64,000 nucleotides of DNA, taken from assembly GCA_903813345.2 (NCBI GenBank), contig CAIIXF020000001.1, forward strand, positions 10,912,001-10,976,000, in the 5' to 3' direction. Under the pieces are notes generated by a model, which worked only from the letters and a program-made list of their open reading frames with translations, was not told the DNA's origin and ran no database searches. Origin of the DNA: Owenia fusiformis (Eukaryota). The position numbers were made by a program, and so were the translations under genes. Of this stretch, positions 23,871 through 35,302 are shown in pieces (the stretch's first letter is position 1; each line of letters begins with the position of its first letter).

Positions 23871-26389
23871 CGTCATACTGTATGGCTAAAACTCCGGGCT
23901 TTCGCTGGAGAGGCGTGCCTTAGACTACCCATGACCCGGAGGTTAACTTAAAAGTAACGCAAGGTAGATAAAACTGTATTTAAGGGAAAAGAACTACTGT
24001 ACAGTGGGCCCCTGGCTTAGTCAAAATAATGTACATTTATTGTTTACTCTGGAGTTCAGATGGTAAAATAAGCAACAGATGAACTCTCTTCTTTTGATAA
24101 GCTAAAACTATTGAAAGGATAATTGCTATTGTTATAATCGCTATTACCAGTGAAAATTCAAATTCACTAATGATGATTGATAATTTAGCTACAAGCCCCG
24201 CCATGAGTGTGTGAATTTTGGCTGAAATAGAGGGGGATAGTCTGGAGGCAAGATTTTTTGATTGCATATACCGTACTTGTTTTCAGGCATCATACTATTT
24301 CCATGAGTGAGTGTCAAATTTTAGGACTCATTTTCCTTCTTTTCCTTCTCATGCGAATTTCAAATACGATTTGCAAATGCATCCTAAAATCTGATTACGT
24401 TAATGCTCATCCCCCCTCCTCCAATGTGATGCCTGTCTACTATAATTACAAATGCGCAAGGGAAACAGTTTAAATGGAATGAAATGTATCTCAAATCAGT
24501 CTCAAATGCTGAATGCTATGGCCGATATAATTATTTGGTTCTACACGCCTCTTCATCATTAACATGGTGACTCTTCGACCTAGACCGTGCTTTTGTGTAT
24601 CAGTTGGAAGACTGGTTTGTCTCGTTTTCGTCGACTGGTGCCTAGATGCATTTGTAGACGCAACGCACATTCCAGGGCGCACATTTCAGTACTATGTCAT
24701 TTATGAAAAAATTGAATTGAAAGGCATCACATAGAGTGGAGGGGGGGAATGATCATGATCAGAGTTGTGGCTAATACTTATTGTTAAGAATAAGATATGT
24801 CTGAAAACAAATATATAATATATATTGTACCTGTTGTATATGTTATAATATCAAAGTAAATTGGATTATTTATATACATGTCGTCTAGTTCGGATGTTAT
24901 TTTAACAAATACAGCAATCAGACGGCGTATTCGCAATGTAACTTATGATATCAGTTCTCACATTTGTAAAGCCAAGGGAAAATGAAATCTGAATTAAAAA
25001 TGCTTTTTCTAGCATCTTGTCTCAGAGTAAATTATATTTTGAAAATCGTTTTGACTCATAATCTTTAAGTGTACATACTAAATGGCGACAATGACATACA
25101 TAGAGTCTACATATGCATCACGCGAGGATGGATGATGAACATGTACTTTACATCTGCACGTTGTCAATATCTATATCGGCGGTTGATGTCTCATCTTCCC
25201 AAAATAATTAAAGTGATAATGTTCAAAAACAGAATATGATGTGTATTATTGTCTTGCATCACTATAGGAGTAATAATTTGATTAGAAACCCGGGATTAGA
25301 ATAACTCTCCGAATCTGAATCATATATTTGAAATCGAAGTAATGCTCCGGGTACAATGACCCGTGTCTTCACCATTTACTCTCAATCCTGATTATCTATC
25401 AATGTCTCCAGTGAGTTTGCTTCTGTGTGCCTCTCCAAGTAACATTTCTAAATGCATATTTTACACATATCGCCGAACGTGGGCCCGGGACTTGAAAAAC
25501 AGACGTAGACTTCGACAGTGCAAGGGGGGGGGATTATAATGTTGTAACTTTTTGTTTTGTCAAATAGCTGAAATAGTTTGCCACAAATTAGAGGCAAGTT
25601 TAAGAAATGAGACTAGAGGCAAAGAATAATTATATTCATAAAATCTAAAGTAATTCCTCGATGATCTCTTCTGTAATCAAGGTGGTACACTTCCGCAGTT
25701 ATAAAAACAAAGACATACACTAAGTAATTAATCTTTTGTTATCATTTAATATTAGTTACTTACAGCATTAATTTGTCTTGGATTTCCAAGGTATAATGTT
25801 TTGATTGAAAATCAAACTGGGAAACGAGTATGCTCCTTACAGATGTGAATATCAAATCCTGTGAAGAGAATCAATTCAAACTCACCCCCCCCCCCCCCAA
25901 TCTAGTGTCTCTTAATTACAATTATTTCGCAAATGAAACAATCCAAAAATGTTGATATGTCAACATAATTTTGCAGAACTGAACGAAACGAAAGGTGGGA
26001 CAAATCAGATTAAATATTCTATTCTGGATATGCACAAAAGGCAACAGTTGAAGAACTAAACAAAACAATTCACGATCCTACAACAGATAGCCGTTTGAGA
26101 ATTCTGCTTTATGGTCCGCTTCTATAGTGCCCCCATTGTCCCTGTTTGAGATACATATGCTACAAGGAAGAGACGCTGCAGTAGAAGAATAGTAAATCCA
26201 AAATTAAGATCATATTTCATTGTCTTAACATTAATACTTTCATGTAGTGTCAAATATTTAAACCCTGAGCATTTTAACATGTTGCATATTCGTCATCAAA
26301 TCTGATCATATACCCCCCCCCCCCCCATCTGCAATCATGATAGAAATCTGACTTCCGGTCTCAAAACTGAAAAATAAAATTATCGATAC

Positions 26390-26675
26390 CCTAACCAATT
26401 GACCAACCGACTGAACCACCCCCGGGGAACCACCTACCCATCGATTGACTAATCAAGCAAACTACAAAACATCCAAGCAACCAACTTTCAAAGGAAGCGA
26501 CCAACTTTGCAATCACCAGTCAACAGAACGCAAGAAACTGACCAAGCAAAAACAAAGCAAGCAACCAAGCAAGTGTGCAACCATATAAGCAACAAACAAA
26601 GCGAGGAACCAAGCAAGCAGCTAATTAAGTAACTTTACATGGAAATACACGTAAGAAAGCAAATGAACAACAAAA
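26390..26675. repeat. Degenerate (CAAC/CAAG)n low-complexity tract
   Basis: Runs such as accaaccgactgaacc and aagcaagcaaccaagcaag. Confidence 0.7.
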
Positions 26676-27179
26676 AATCCAAGTTGAGGCTGATATGGAC
26701 ATCAACTGCACACATTTGATTAATTTAATGCAAATTCCAAGTTCAAAATGAAGCACAAAGGTTGACATTTGAGAACATAACTGATACCAAAAGGACGCGT
26801 GAAGACAAAGCTACATTTTCTAATTCTAGATGCTCTTACTGGGTAATACTTTTCAGGGTTACTTAAAGAGAGAATCAGATCTACCGAGCAAGCCAAAACG
26901 TTTCAATATGTCTGACTTATATCACTCATTGCCATGTCTAAAAATCTCCAAAGTATCTGTATATGCAATACATAATATACCCTTCAACCAAGCTCTGCAT
27001 TCTAGCACTCGGATAGTTGGTTGATTGACAATATTGACTTACACGATATGTAATGGCTAAACTGAAGTGACGATCAACTCCCCCATCCCCGGGCCCCTAT
27101 CCCAGGTGCCCCAAATGTACACTCATTTCTTGAAACGGTCCTATTTCAATTCTTTCCGGCCTAGGGAAAACCTTTTAAG

Positions 27180-28580
27180 ATTTTTTTTGATTTTTTTTAT
27201 TTTTTTTATTTTTTTTTTATTTCTCTATTCAAACAGTACAAGTACAATAATTAGAACAGTTCAGATATTTTTCACACCACCTCCATTCATTCAGACATTT
27301 GCAGCAGTCATAATTTTAAGTTCAGGTACATAATAAAACATATTTTTTTCAAATTGCGCCTCATACAGATTGGTATTCACTTCGTCGAACTCTTTGATAA
27401 AAATATAGTACTTAATTGCAAGGGTAAGTCTATCTGGTAAGATATTTTTCTTATTAGCTTGCCTTCCAAAAACCATGTCCTGGGCGTTAAAATCGATATC
27501 GACTTTAAATAAACGCTTTAAATTCCCTTTGATTGCTTTCAGAAATATTTGAATCCTTTTGCACTCCCAGAATTTGTGTTTTAACGTATCTCGAAAGGCA
27601 CAATAGTTCCATTTAGAGTCATTTTTAATACCTATCTGCGCTAAAAAGGCATTTGTAGTGCAGATACCATGAAGTATTTTAAACTGAAGGTGTCGCTTTT
27701 TATTCTGTTTCGTGCACATATAAGGCATTTTAAAATAATCGATTCTCTTTAATTCACGATCATGTTTGTCTTTATATAACGGTTCCAAGAACTTGTTTCC
27801 ATTTAATATTGTTTGAATTGATTTTACCGTTATACTAGAGATTGTCACCTGTTTTTCACCAAGTTTCAAATACACGAGTTCTTCCTGTATGCTGGGTTCA
27901 AAGGTCGAATTTAAATCTGATTTCAATAGAGATTTCCAATCATTTGGTATAGCCGATATGATTGAAAAATACTCAAGAAAGTTGATATTAATATTATACT
28001 TAGTCTTAAACTCATTGTACTGTAAAAAACCCCCATTCTCGTTAAGAAGGTCATTAATATAAATGACTCCCTTTTCCATGACATGTTGGTACATCACCTC
28101 CTTATCATTAATTAGAATTGATTTGTTATTCCAAATTATTTCACCTTTAACCCCTGAACTGGTTCTAGGCGGCAACATATTTCTTAATTCTGAATAGTGT
28201 CGAAGCAAATTCATATAAAAGGTAGGAACACTGTGTGCCAGTGTTTTAATATCATAATTACACTGCAACAAAAAACTCAGTCCTCCAAGACGCTTGAAAT
28301 AAACTTGAGGAATAAGCTTCCAGTGACTAGTTCGTGTGTCAAGTACACGTCTTAGCCACATTAATTTCAAGACCCCCATCCTCAAAATCCCCTATTAAAG
28401 TATTTCGCTTAATTTTCTCACCCTTTCCTCCCCATAAAAAAGAATAGACTAGTCGTTGAGCCTTCGTCAAGATATCATCAGGCGTATAGGTCATTGTCAT
28501 CGAGTATATTAGCTTCGACACTGCCTGGGACTTAATTATGAGTACCTTTCCATAAAAAGTAAGATCTCGCTTTTAAGATG
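27180..28580 (-). mobile_element. 5'-truncated L1/Tx1-clade non-LTR retrotransposon (ORF2 C-terminal part, frameshifted) with a poly(A)-like tail
   Basis: ORF 28339-28521 (YSFLWGGKGEKIKRNTLIGDFEDGGL) and ORF 27291-28385 (KLMWLRR..., IIWNNKSI, FKILHGICTTN..C..DTLKHKFWEC, a degenerate zinc knuckle) overlap by a frameshift. An A-rich tail appears as a T-tract at 27181-27222. Confidence 0.85.
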
Positions 28581-29344
28581 AATATATGTAAAGTGTTGAT
28601 ATTTTGCATTACACATATCAATTTTAAATTCAAGGTACAGAAAAACCAGTCGACGTTTTTTCGAAAAGGTAGAACTGTATATCCAAAACCCGGATCTAAA
28701 ACAATATCTTATTGCTATTAATTTATTGTCCAGTTCTACCTTTGTTATTAATGCCAAATTCTGTTGTTTGTAAGAAACATGATGAGGATTGATTTCTATA
28801 TGGCAGGTTACTTTGATTTTAAAGGCCTATGGTAATATTTTTACATCAAATTTTAGTTGTTTATCTGTGATATCTAAAATGAGGATTTAAAAATAGTACT
28901 TCATAAAACCTAATGCATAGACTGCAATCAAGGCCCGGAATCGAGGTCCCTTGAATATCATACCCGTGAAAAACCAAAAATGCAATCAAACAAATATATA
29001 CGTAGAGTAGTATTGTGTGGTTAAGATCAATGATCAAGGAAACCCATTCGTGGGATTCATACTTATCTGCTTATTGTTGATTTTTTTGTTTACAAGAAAA
29101 GGTTTCGTACACGTATTGATATTGTCCTTCGTAATAAAACCCATATTGAGTCCCTACCAGTAAATAACCACTATACGTACATTTGCAAAATATGGCCGCC
29201 ATAGAATATTTGGGAGTCTAGGCAAGATACATGTACCAATTGTCCCATCCTTTCATCATCAATCCCTTAATCGATTTATAATAGTGAGCTTAAACCGGAT
29301 TAAACCATCTCCCTCAAACTTATACAAATCTTGACTTAGAGTAC

Positions 29345-30186
29345 GTAAAGGATTGGTACACTCTGTGTGCATATCATTTGTATCCTGGCGTCAGGATGCA
29401 TACATGATTCGCGCACAGCGAGCCTATCCTGTGTGAATCTTGACTCAGGATACGTACAGGATTAGCACACTGTGCATATCCTGTATAAATCTAGGCATCA
29501 GGATTCATACAGGATTGGCACACTGCGAGCGTATCCTGTATGAATCCAGGAGGCAGGATTCATACTGGATTCCTACACGCGCCAATCCTATATAAATCCT
29601 GATACAGGATATGTTCAGGATATGCACACAGTGTGCCAATCCTGTATGTATCCAGGTGTCAGGATTCATACAGGATTCGCTCACAGCGAGCATATCCTGT
29701 ATGAATCTTGACTCAGGATACGTACAGGATTGGCACACTGCGTGCATATCCTGTATGAATCCAGGTGTCAGGATTCATACAGGATTGGCACACTGCGAGC
29801 GTTTCCTGTGTGAATCTTGACTCAGGATACGTACAGGATTGGCACACTGCGTGCATATCCTGTATGAATCCAGGTGTCAGGATTCATACAGGATTGGCAC
29901 ACTGCGAGCGTTTCCTGTGTGAATCTTGACTCAGGATACGTACAGGATTGGCACACTGTGTGCATATCTTGTATGAATCCAGGCGTCAGGATTTATACAG
30001 GTTTGGCACACTGCGAGCGTATCCTGTATAAATCTTGACTCAGGATACGTACAGGATTGGCACACCGTGTGCATATCTTGTATGAATCCAGGCGTCAGGA
30101 TTTATACCGGTTTGGCACACTGCGTGCATATCCTGTATGAATCCTGATGTCAGGATTCATTGTATTCATACGCATTTTTTGCTGTG
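29345..30186. repeat. Right subterminal repeat array (~55-bp units arranged as ~110-bp dimers)
   Basis: Near-identical dimers aggattggcacactgcgagcg...tcaggatacgtac / aggattggcacactgcgtgcatatcctgtatgaatccaggtgtcaggattcatac. The outer end is the inverted copy of the left array. Confidence 0.9.
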
Positions 30187-30493
30187 TAGTTCAATACTAA
30201 ACAAAACATGAACTCTCATGGAGAGGCCAACAAAACTGCAAGGGAAACTTTACATCCTCCTTTTGAAAACATTATTCACTATTATATTGTGAACCTCGTA
30301 TATGTCAATAAAATAACTCAAGTAAATACATTACGCATAGAGAAAATAGAAGTTTGTTCATGTTTATGTGGAGGCCAAATACAAAGTTGGCATATTTAAA
30401 CTTTGTTTGTCAAAAAGAGTACAGTACTTCTTATGTTGTCAGATTATTTCATAAGTCACTTTAACCATCGGAAAAGTGCAGTACAAATTAATG

Positions 30494-31462
30494 GCATACC
30501 AGTTTAATAACATTGCATACTGGTATTACCAGGGGATAAATGTATTACATACCTCTAACCAGTAGATAACTGTACTATACTATTGGATGATTGTATAACA
30601 TTCCATAGCCATTGGATAAGAGTATTACATACAAGAGAATAAATGTATTACAAACCAGCGGATATTTTTATTACATACCAGTGAACAACTGTATTATATA
30701 CCTGTAGATAACTTTATCACATGGTTAGGAGTTTCTAAGCATTTTGATTGGTCAATTGTGACAACGTATATTCCATATCACATGACATGTGACTAATTTT
30801 CATGTGATATGGTGGGCTGTATTACTACGGAGTGAATAGTAACAATATGACATCTCTGGTTATATCACTTCGTAGCTAAAGAAAACAGTATGACCTCATA
30901 TTATTTCACTATTAAGTATGAATACAACAGTGTCACTCATATTATTTCAAAGCGAACTTTCAAAACACACAAAATCATAATAGTTACCGAGAGTACAGAG
31001 TACAGAACACAATCATAATGATCAAATCAAAATGCTTCAATTCAAAATTCCAAGACATGTGATAAAATCGTCATCAAACGTTTCAGCTTTTGTGATACAG
31101 GAAATATTCCACTCGGGTAAGAATATATCACCACTCAAGCTTCGCTTTCGTGGATGAAACAGTATTACCTTTCATGCTGAAACGTGTGATAACCGATATT
31201 ATTACATACCAGTAGATAACAGTATTACATACCAGCACATAATTGTAATACATACCATAACCTTTGGATAACTGTATACCAGTGGACAATGGTATTACAT
31301 ATAAGAGGATAAATGTATTTCACACCTGTAGAAACTGTATTATTTACCAGTGGATAACTGTATTACATACCATAACCATTGGATAACTATATACCAATAG
31401 ATAACTGTATTACATACCAGTGGATAACTCAGTATTACATATCAGCAGATAACGATTACTCA
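30494..31462. repeat. ~23-bp minisatellite (GTATTACATACCAGTGGATAACT), split by an insertion and abutting the TLR start codon
   Basis: Degenerate units at ~30494-30712 and ~31198-31462. The last unit ends a few nt before ATG 31469. Confidence 0.8.
30713..31197. mobile_element. Short non-coding element with an internal complement of its joined ends (Crypton/mini-DIRS-like)
   Basis: Left end TTTATCACATG. Internal 31056-31087 CATGTGATAAA-ATCGTCATCAAACGTTTCAGC is revcomp(left) plus revcomp(right end GCTGAAACGTGTGATAACCGAT, 31176-31197). It interrupts the minisatellite. Confidence 0.65.
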
Positions 31463-31468
31463 TCCATA

Positions 31469-33787
31469 ATGGAAAGAACAACCTTGGTGCTGTTTTTTCT
31501 TGCTGTATGTTTCATGAATGTGAAAGGATTATTGGTAAACCAATCATGGGCTGAAGAGCTACATGAGATCAAATACAACAAAACAAGTGAAAACTCTGTG
31601 CTCCAAAATCATCAGTGTCAGGAGTGCAACTGTAGCTTGGAAATTGCAGACTGTAGTGCTAGGAACATAGATTCGCTACCTTTGGATCTCCCAGGAAATA
31701 TAACAATGCTGAATTTATCGAGAAATGATATCAAAAACCTAACCAACTTTTTCATCGGTAGAGATTATAAAGACTTACAGAGTTTGGACATAACATACAA
31801 CTCCCCAGTGTTGCATCTGCATGAAAATGTATTTGAAGGACTTGACAAACTGCAGAAACTTTACATTGGAAAATTTGCAATTGTACATCCTCTTGTATTC
31901 AAACCTTTAAAGGAGATACGAATCATTGAGGTGAAAGGAGATGGTAGCCGCCTGTCAATTTTTTCTGTTGCAAGAGATGCTTGGCTCAGAGCACTTAGAG
32001 GACTACAAAATTCAACCATTGAGAAAATAACTTACGAACACATATCATCAATACCATTTATATTAAGAAAAAAACATTTCAAATATTTTACAAATTGCCA
32101 ATTAAAAGAATTATATTTACCCCATAATATGATATCTGCAATAGAATCAGGCTTTCTAAACTATCTCCCAATGCTGGAAATACTAGATTTATCCAGAAAC
32201 ATGATAGCCACACTCATTCCTGTTTCAGTTACTTTTAATATGATTCAGTTATTTAAAATGACTCATTTGAGGGTATTAAGGTTAGATGATATGAACAATA
32301 GGGTTGTTAAAGACCTTAACCGTCCTCATATCGAAAAATGTGTAGATACAGAATGGCCCTTACCAATGGGACTTGAGGAACTCAATTTTAAGTGGGCTTC
32401 ATTTGATGATCAACCAGCATCATTTCCCTGTGAACTTAAGGTCCAACCAGAAAACAAGCTAAAGGTTCTTAATGCTGCTTACACAAATGCTGTGATCTAC
32501 TTTGGGGGTCCTTTGAAAGGATTGGTAAATCTACAGCATTTAATTTACAACAACAATGATTGTAAAATTGAACCTGATTTTTTCACATGTGCAAGTGGCT
32601 ATTTTGAAAGTTTACAAGTTCTAGATTTAGCCTACAACAAAGTCTTATTGACGAAATCAAGCTTGAATTTTTCTCTCTTTGAGAACTGTTCCAAGTTGGT
32701 ACATTTAGACCTATCATACAATAACTTGGCAGACATTCCTTCTGATATGCTAAAGGACGCATCTTCCATAGAGACTGTGAACCTAAGTGGAAACAAGCTG
32801 GTCAAATTTAATTTAGACTTAAATGCACAAATCTCCCTGGAATTGCTGAACTTATCAAATAACAAACTTCATGGCCTCATTGAAGCTGCCAGAAATAGTA
32901 TTGCCAATTCTGATGAGAGATCCAATGGCAGCCTCACCATTGACCTTAATGGCAACCCATTGATGTGCACCTGCGATGCATTCCCATTCATAAATTGGAT
33001 AAAGGATCACATGGACGTCATCTTTCAAGGGTCTGATCTAGAATGTCAGTATATAAATGGGTCACAGATAAAGTTCACACACTTGGATGTATCTCACATG
33101 AAGATTGCGTGTTTGAAGAGTGCTTTTATAGCATCTGGGATATCAGTGGCATTCGTTCTGTTGATCGTTGGAGTTGTTATTTATGGATATAAGCGAAGGT
33201 ATAAGATTATTTACATAGCTTTACATCTAAGGGCAGCGTTGAGGCGTAACAACTTGCCAGGCATAGACTATGACTTTGATGGTTTCCTAAGCTACAGTTC
33301 TTTGGATAAAACCTGGGCTATTAATAACATCTATGGTCAGTTAGCTGGTCAGTATGGATATAACATTTGCGTAGATGACCGCAACTTCAGACCTGGCACA
33401 TATTTATCTGATATTATCGTTGAGAGTATTAGCAAGAGCAACAAAATCATACTGGTTATCAGCCAGAACTTCCTAAGAAGTGGCTGGTGTAAATTTGAAA
33501 TGAATCTTGCAAGGGGTGAGCTGGCCACAAGAGGACGCGACTGCTTGATCTTGATTCTCAAAGAGCCAAAAGAGTTGCTTCCCCAAGAGCTGATCACACC
33601 AACACTGCGCTCTCTACTAGATACAAGGGTGTACCTGGTGTGGAGTGAAGAAGAGGACAGAAAATTGCTGTTCTGGAGGAAGCTGCAGGATGCTCTAGGG
33701 GAACCTAGATTTAAGGGAGAAGAAGATACTCCCTTTCTCTATCAGAACAATGATGGAGATGAGGAGATGCTTCAAAACCTCATATGA
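31469..33787 (+). CDS. Toll-like receptor, single-cysteine-cluster (vertebrate-type) architecture, intronless CDS, 772 aa
   Basis: Signal peptide MERTTLVLFFLAVCFMNVKG; LRRNT CQECNCSLEIADCSARNIDSLP; multiple LxxLxLxxN LRRs; LRRCT GNPLMCTC...WI...LEC...C; TM AFIASGISVAFVLLIVGVVIYGY; TIR box1 YDFDGFLSYS, BB-loop DRNFRPG, SGWCKFE and box3 FWRKL. The ORF-track start at 31379 is a TTG inside the upstream repeat. Confidence 0.96.
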   Translation: MERTTLVLFFLAVCFMNVKGLLVNQSWAEELHEIKYNKTSENSVLQNHQCQECNCSLEIADCSARNIDSLPLDLPGNITMLNLSRNDIKNLTNFFIGRDYKDLQSLDITYNSPVLHLHENVFEGLDKLQKLYIGKFAIVHPLVFKPLKEIRIIEVKGDGSRLSIFSVARDAWLRALRGLQNSTIEKITYEHISSIPFILRKKHFKYFTNCQLKELYLPHNMISAIESGFLNYLPMLEILDLSRNMIATLIPVSVTFNMIQLFKMTHLRVLRLDDMNNRVVKDLNRPHIEKCVDTEWPLPMGLEELNFKWASFDDQPASFPCELKVQPENKLKVLNAAYTNAVIYFGGPLKGLVNLQHLIYNNNDCKIEPDFFTCASGYFESLQVLDLAYNKVLLTKSSLNFSLFENCSKLVHLDLSYNNLADIPSDMLKDASSIETVNLSGNKLVKFNLDLNAQISLELLNLSNNKLHGLIEAARNSIANSDERSNGSLTIDLNGNPLMCTCDAFPFINWIKDHMDVIFQGSDLECQYINGSQIKFTHLDVSHMKIACLKSAFIASGISVAFVLLIVGVVIYGYKRRYKIIYIALHLRAALRRNNLPGIDYDFDGFLSYSSLDKTWAINNIYGQLAGQYGYNICVDDRNFRPGTYLSDIIVESISKSNKIILVISQNFLRSGWCKFEMNLARGELATRGRDCLILILKEPKELLPQELITPTLRSLLDTRVYLVWSEEEDRKLLFWRKLQDALGEPRFKGEEDTPFLYQNNDGDEEMLQNLI

Positions 33788-34165
33788 TTACCACTTAGAG
33801 TTGATATCTATAGAGATAAGGAGATTCTTTAGACTTATAAAATTAACACTTAGACTTGATGTCTATAGAGATGAGGAGATACTAGACTTAAATAATTGGC
33901 ACTAAGACTTGATGTGTTTAAATATGGCAAGATGCTTAGAAACCTCATATAGTTATTGGTTAGACTTGATGTGTATAAATGTGAGGATATCCATTAGACT
34001 TTCATAGACTTGATGTTTATAGACGAGGAGATACTTTATGCTCTCATATAATTATAATTTATACTTGATGTGAGAGACAAGGAGATTCTTTAAACTATCA
34101 TATAATCACCACTCAGACTTGATATGTATAGAGATGAGGAGATAGTTTAGACTTATATAATTATC
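33756..34165. repeat. ~55-57-bp tandem repeat (7-8 degenerate copies); the first unit encodes the TLR C-terminus and stop
   Basis: GAGATGAGGAGAT...CATATGATTACCACTTAGAGTTGAT units start at 33756, 33813, 33868 and so on. Confidence 0.8.
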
Positions 34166-35302
34166 CCACAGAACAAAGTCTATCATTGATAACTCAAATT
34201 ACTGCTAAATGCTGCTAAATATCAAAATGGCAGCCATTTTTCGTAAAAAAACTCAATCGCAGCAAACAGATTTGGTTCAAATTTTATATGATGATGCCTA
34301 GGGAAAAAGTAAATTTGTTCAAGAAAGAATTTTGAAGATGGTGGCTGAATTTCAAAATGGCTGCCATTTTTCATAAAAAAACGTAATCTTTGATAACTCA
34401 AATACTAGTAATACTAATAATGCTAATGCCTAGGGATAATATGAGGTTATATAATGGTTCTTTCTGTATATCGTGTTTATACTCGAGTGAGTATATGATA
34501 TATTCACAAGTGAGCGTAGCGAACGAGTGAATATATTATATTCTCACGAGAGTATAAAATGCACGATATACAGAATGAACCATTATATAATCTTATTATG
34601 CCACTCTAAGTTCAATTACAGTTGATTCGAACACAATCATAACAATTAAAAACCATAAAAATATCCCATTGACAGCCAACTCAATAATGCTGATGTTGAT
34701 TTATGACGTCACTTGATTCTAGGAAATCATGATTTTTTTCATTATCTCCCAGAATGCACTTCTACAGTGGTATACGCTGGAGTGTATACGGAGGAGTTGT
34801 ATACGATGACGATATACCACTCTCCACTGTATATCGTTGTTATAGACCCATGTTATACAACTGTAATTGGACTTAGAGTGGTATAAAGGAGCTTACGCTG
34901 AAGAAGAGATTTTTTGGCTGCTAAATATCAAATTGGATAAAGGATCTTTTAGAGTTATATAATTATCCAACCGAACGAAGTTCAAGGGGGATAGAGAAAA
35001 GTCCTCCGTCCGTATGTTTGTCCTGGCGATAACTCAAATACTGGTTAGTCGAAGGATTTGGTTCAAATTTTATATTCTGATGCCTACCATGATGAAAAGA
35101 TTTTCAAAATGACTGCCATTTTTCGTAAAAAAGGAATGTATCTTTAATAACTCAAATGCTAATTGACGGATATGGTTTACATTTTATATGTTGATGCCTA
35201 GGGACAAACAAGCTCTCCTCAAGAAGGAATTTTGAAAATGGCCACTAATAAGCAAAAAATGTTTTGTTCGGTGAGATTTGCTACTCTATGGTGTTGCTGT
35301 TT
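34162..35302 (+). mobile_element. Two adjacent copies of the Helentron-like non-autonomous family (first degenerate and interrupted; second 34963-35302 apparently complete)
   Basis: TTATCCAACCGAACGAAGTTCAAGGGGGATAG plus a GTCC microsatellite at 34963. The complementary subterminal GTTCGGT lies near 35267. Central repeats match 20901-21800. Confidence 0.6.
34447..34886. mobile_element. Short non-coding element with an internal complement of its joined ends (Crypton/mini-DIRS-like)
   Basis: Left end 34447-34475 is complemented at 34562-34590. It is followed after a ~5-nt spacer by 34596-34624, which complements the right end 34858-34886. Contains a GAGCGTAGCGAACGAGTGA-type loop. Confidence 0.7.

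Larger units (their letters stand above)
22257..30186. mobile_element. 7.9-kb non-autonomous CMC (EnSpm/CACTA- or Chapaev3-like) element with long subterminal repeat arrays
   Basis: TIR CACAGCAAAAAATG.GTA.GAATACAA.GAATCCTGAC.TCAGGAT at 22257, with its inverted copy ending at 30186. TAG flanks both sides (22254-22256, 30187-30189). No transposase ORF seen. Confidence 0.75.

Noticed and set aside
25764-25858. Exon-like segment (cag|DLIFTSVRSILVSQFDFQSKHYTLEIQDKLM|gtaag) inside the 7.9-kb element
   Set aside because: Good splice sites, but no recognisable homology and no partner exons that I could link to it.
31379-31468. N-terminal 30 aa of the 802-aa ORF as part of the TLR
   Set aside because: It starts at TTG inside a minisatellite; the signal peptide begins at ATG 31469.
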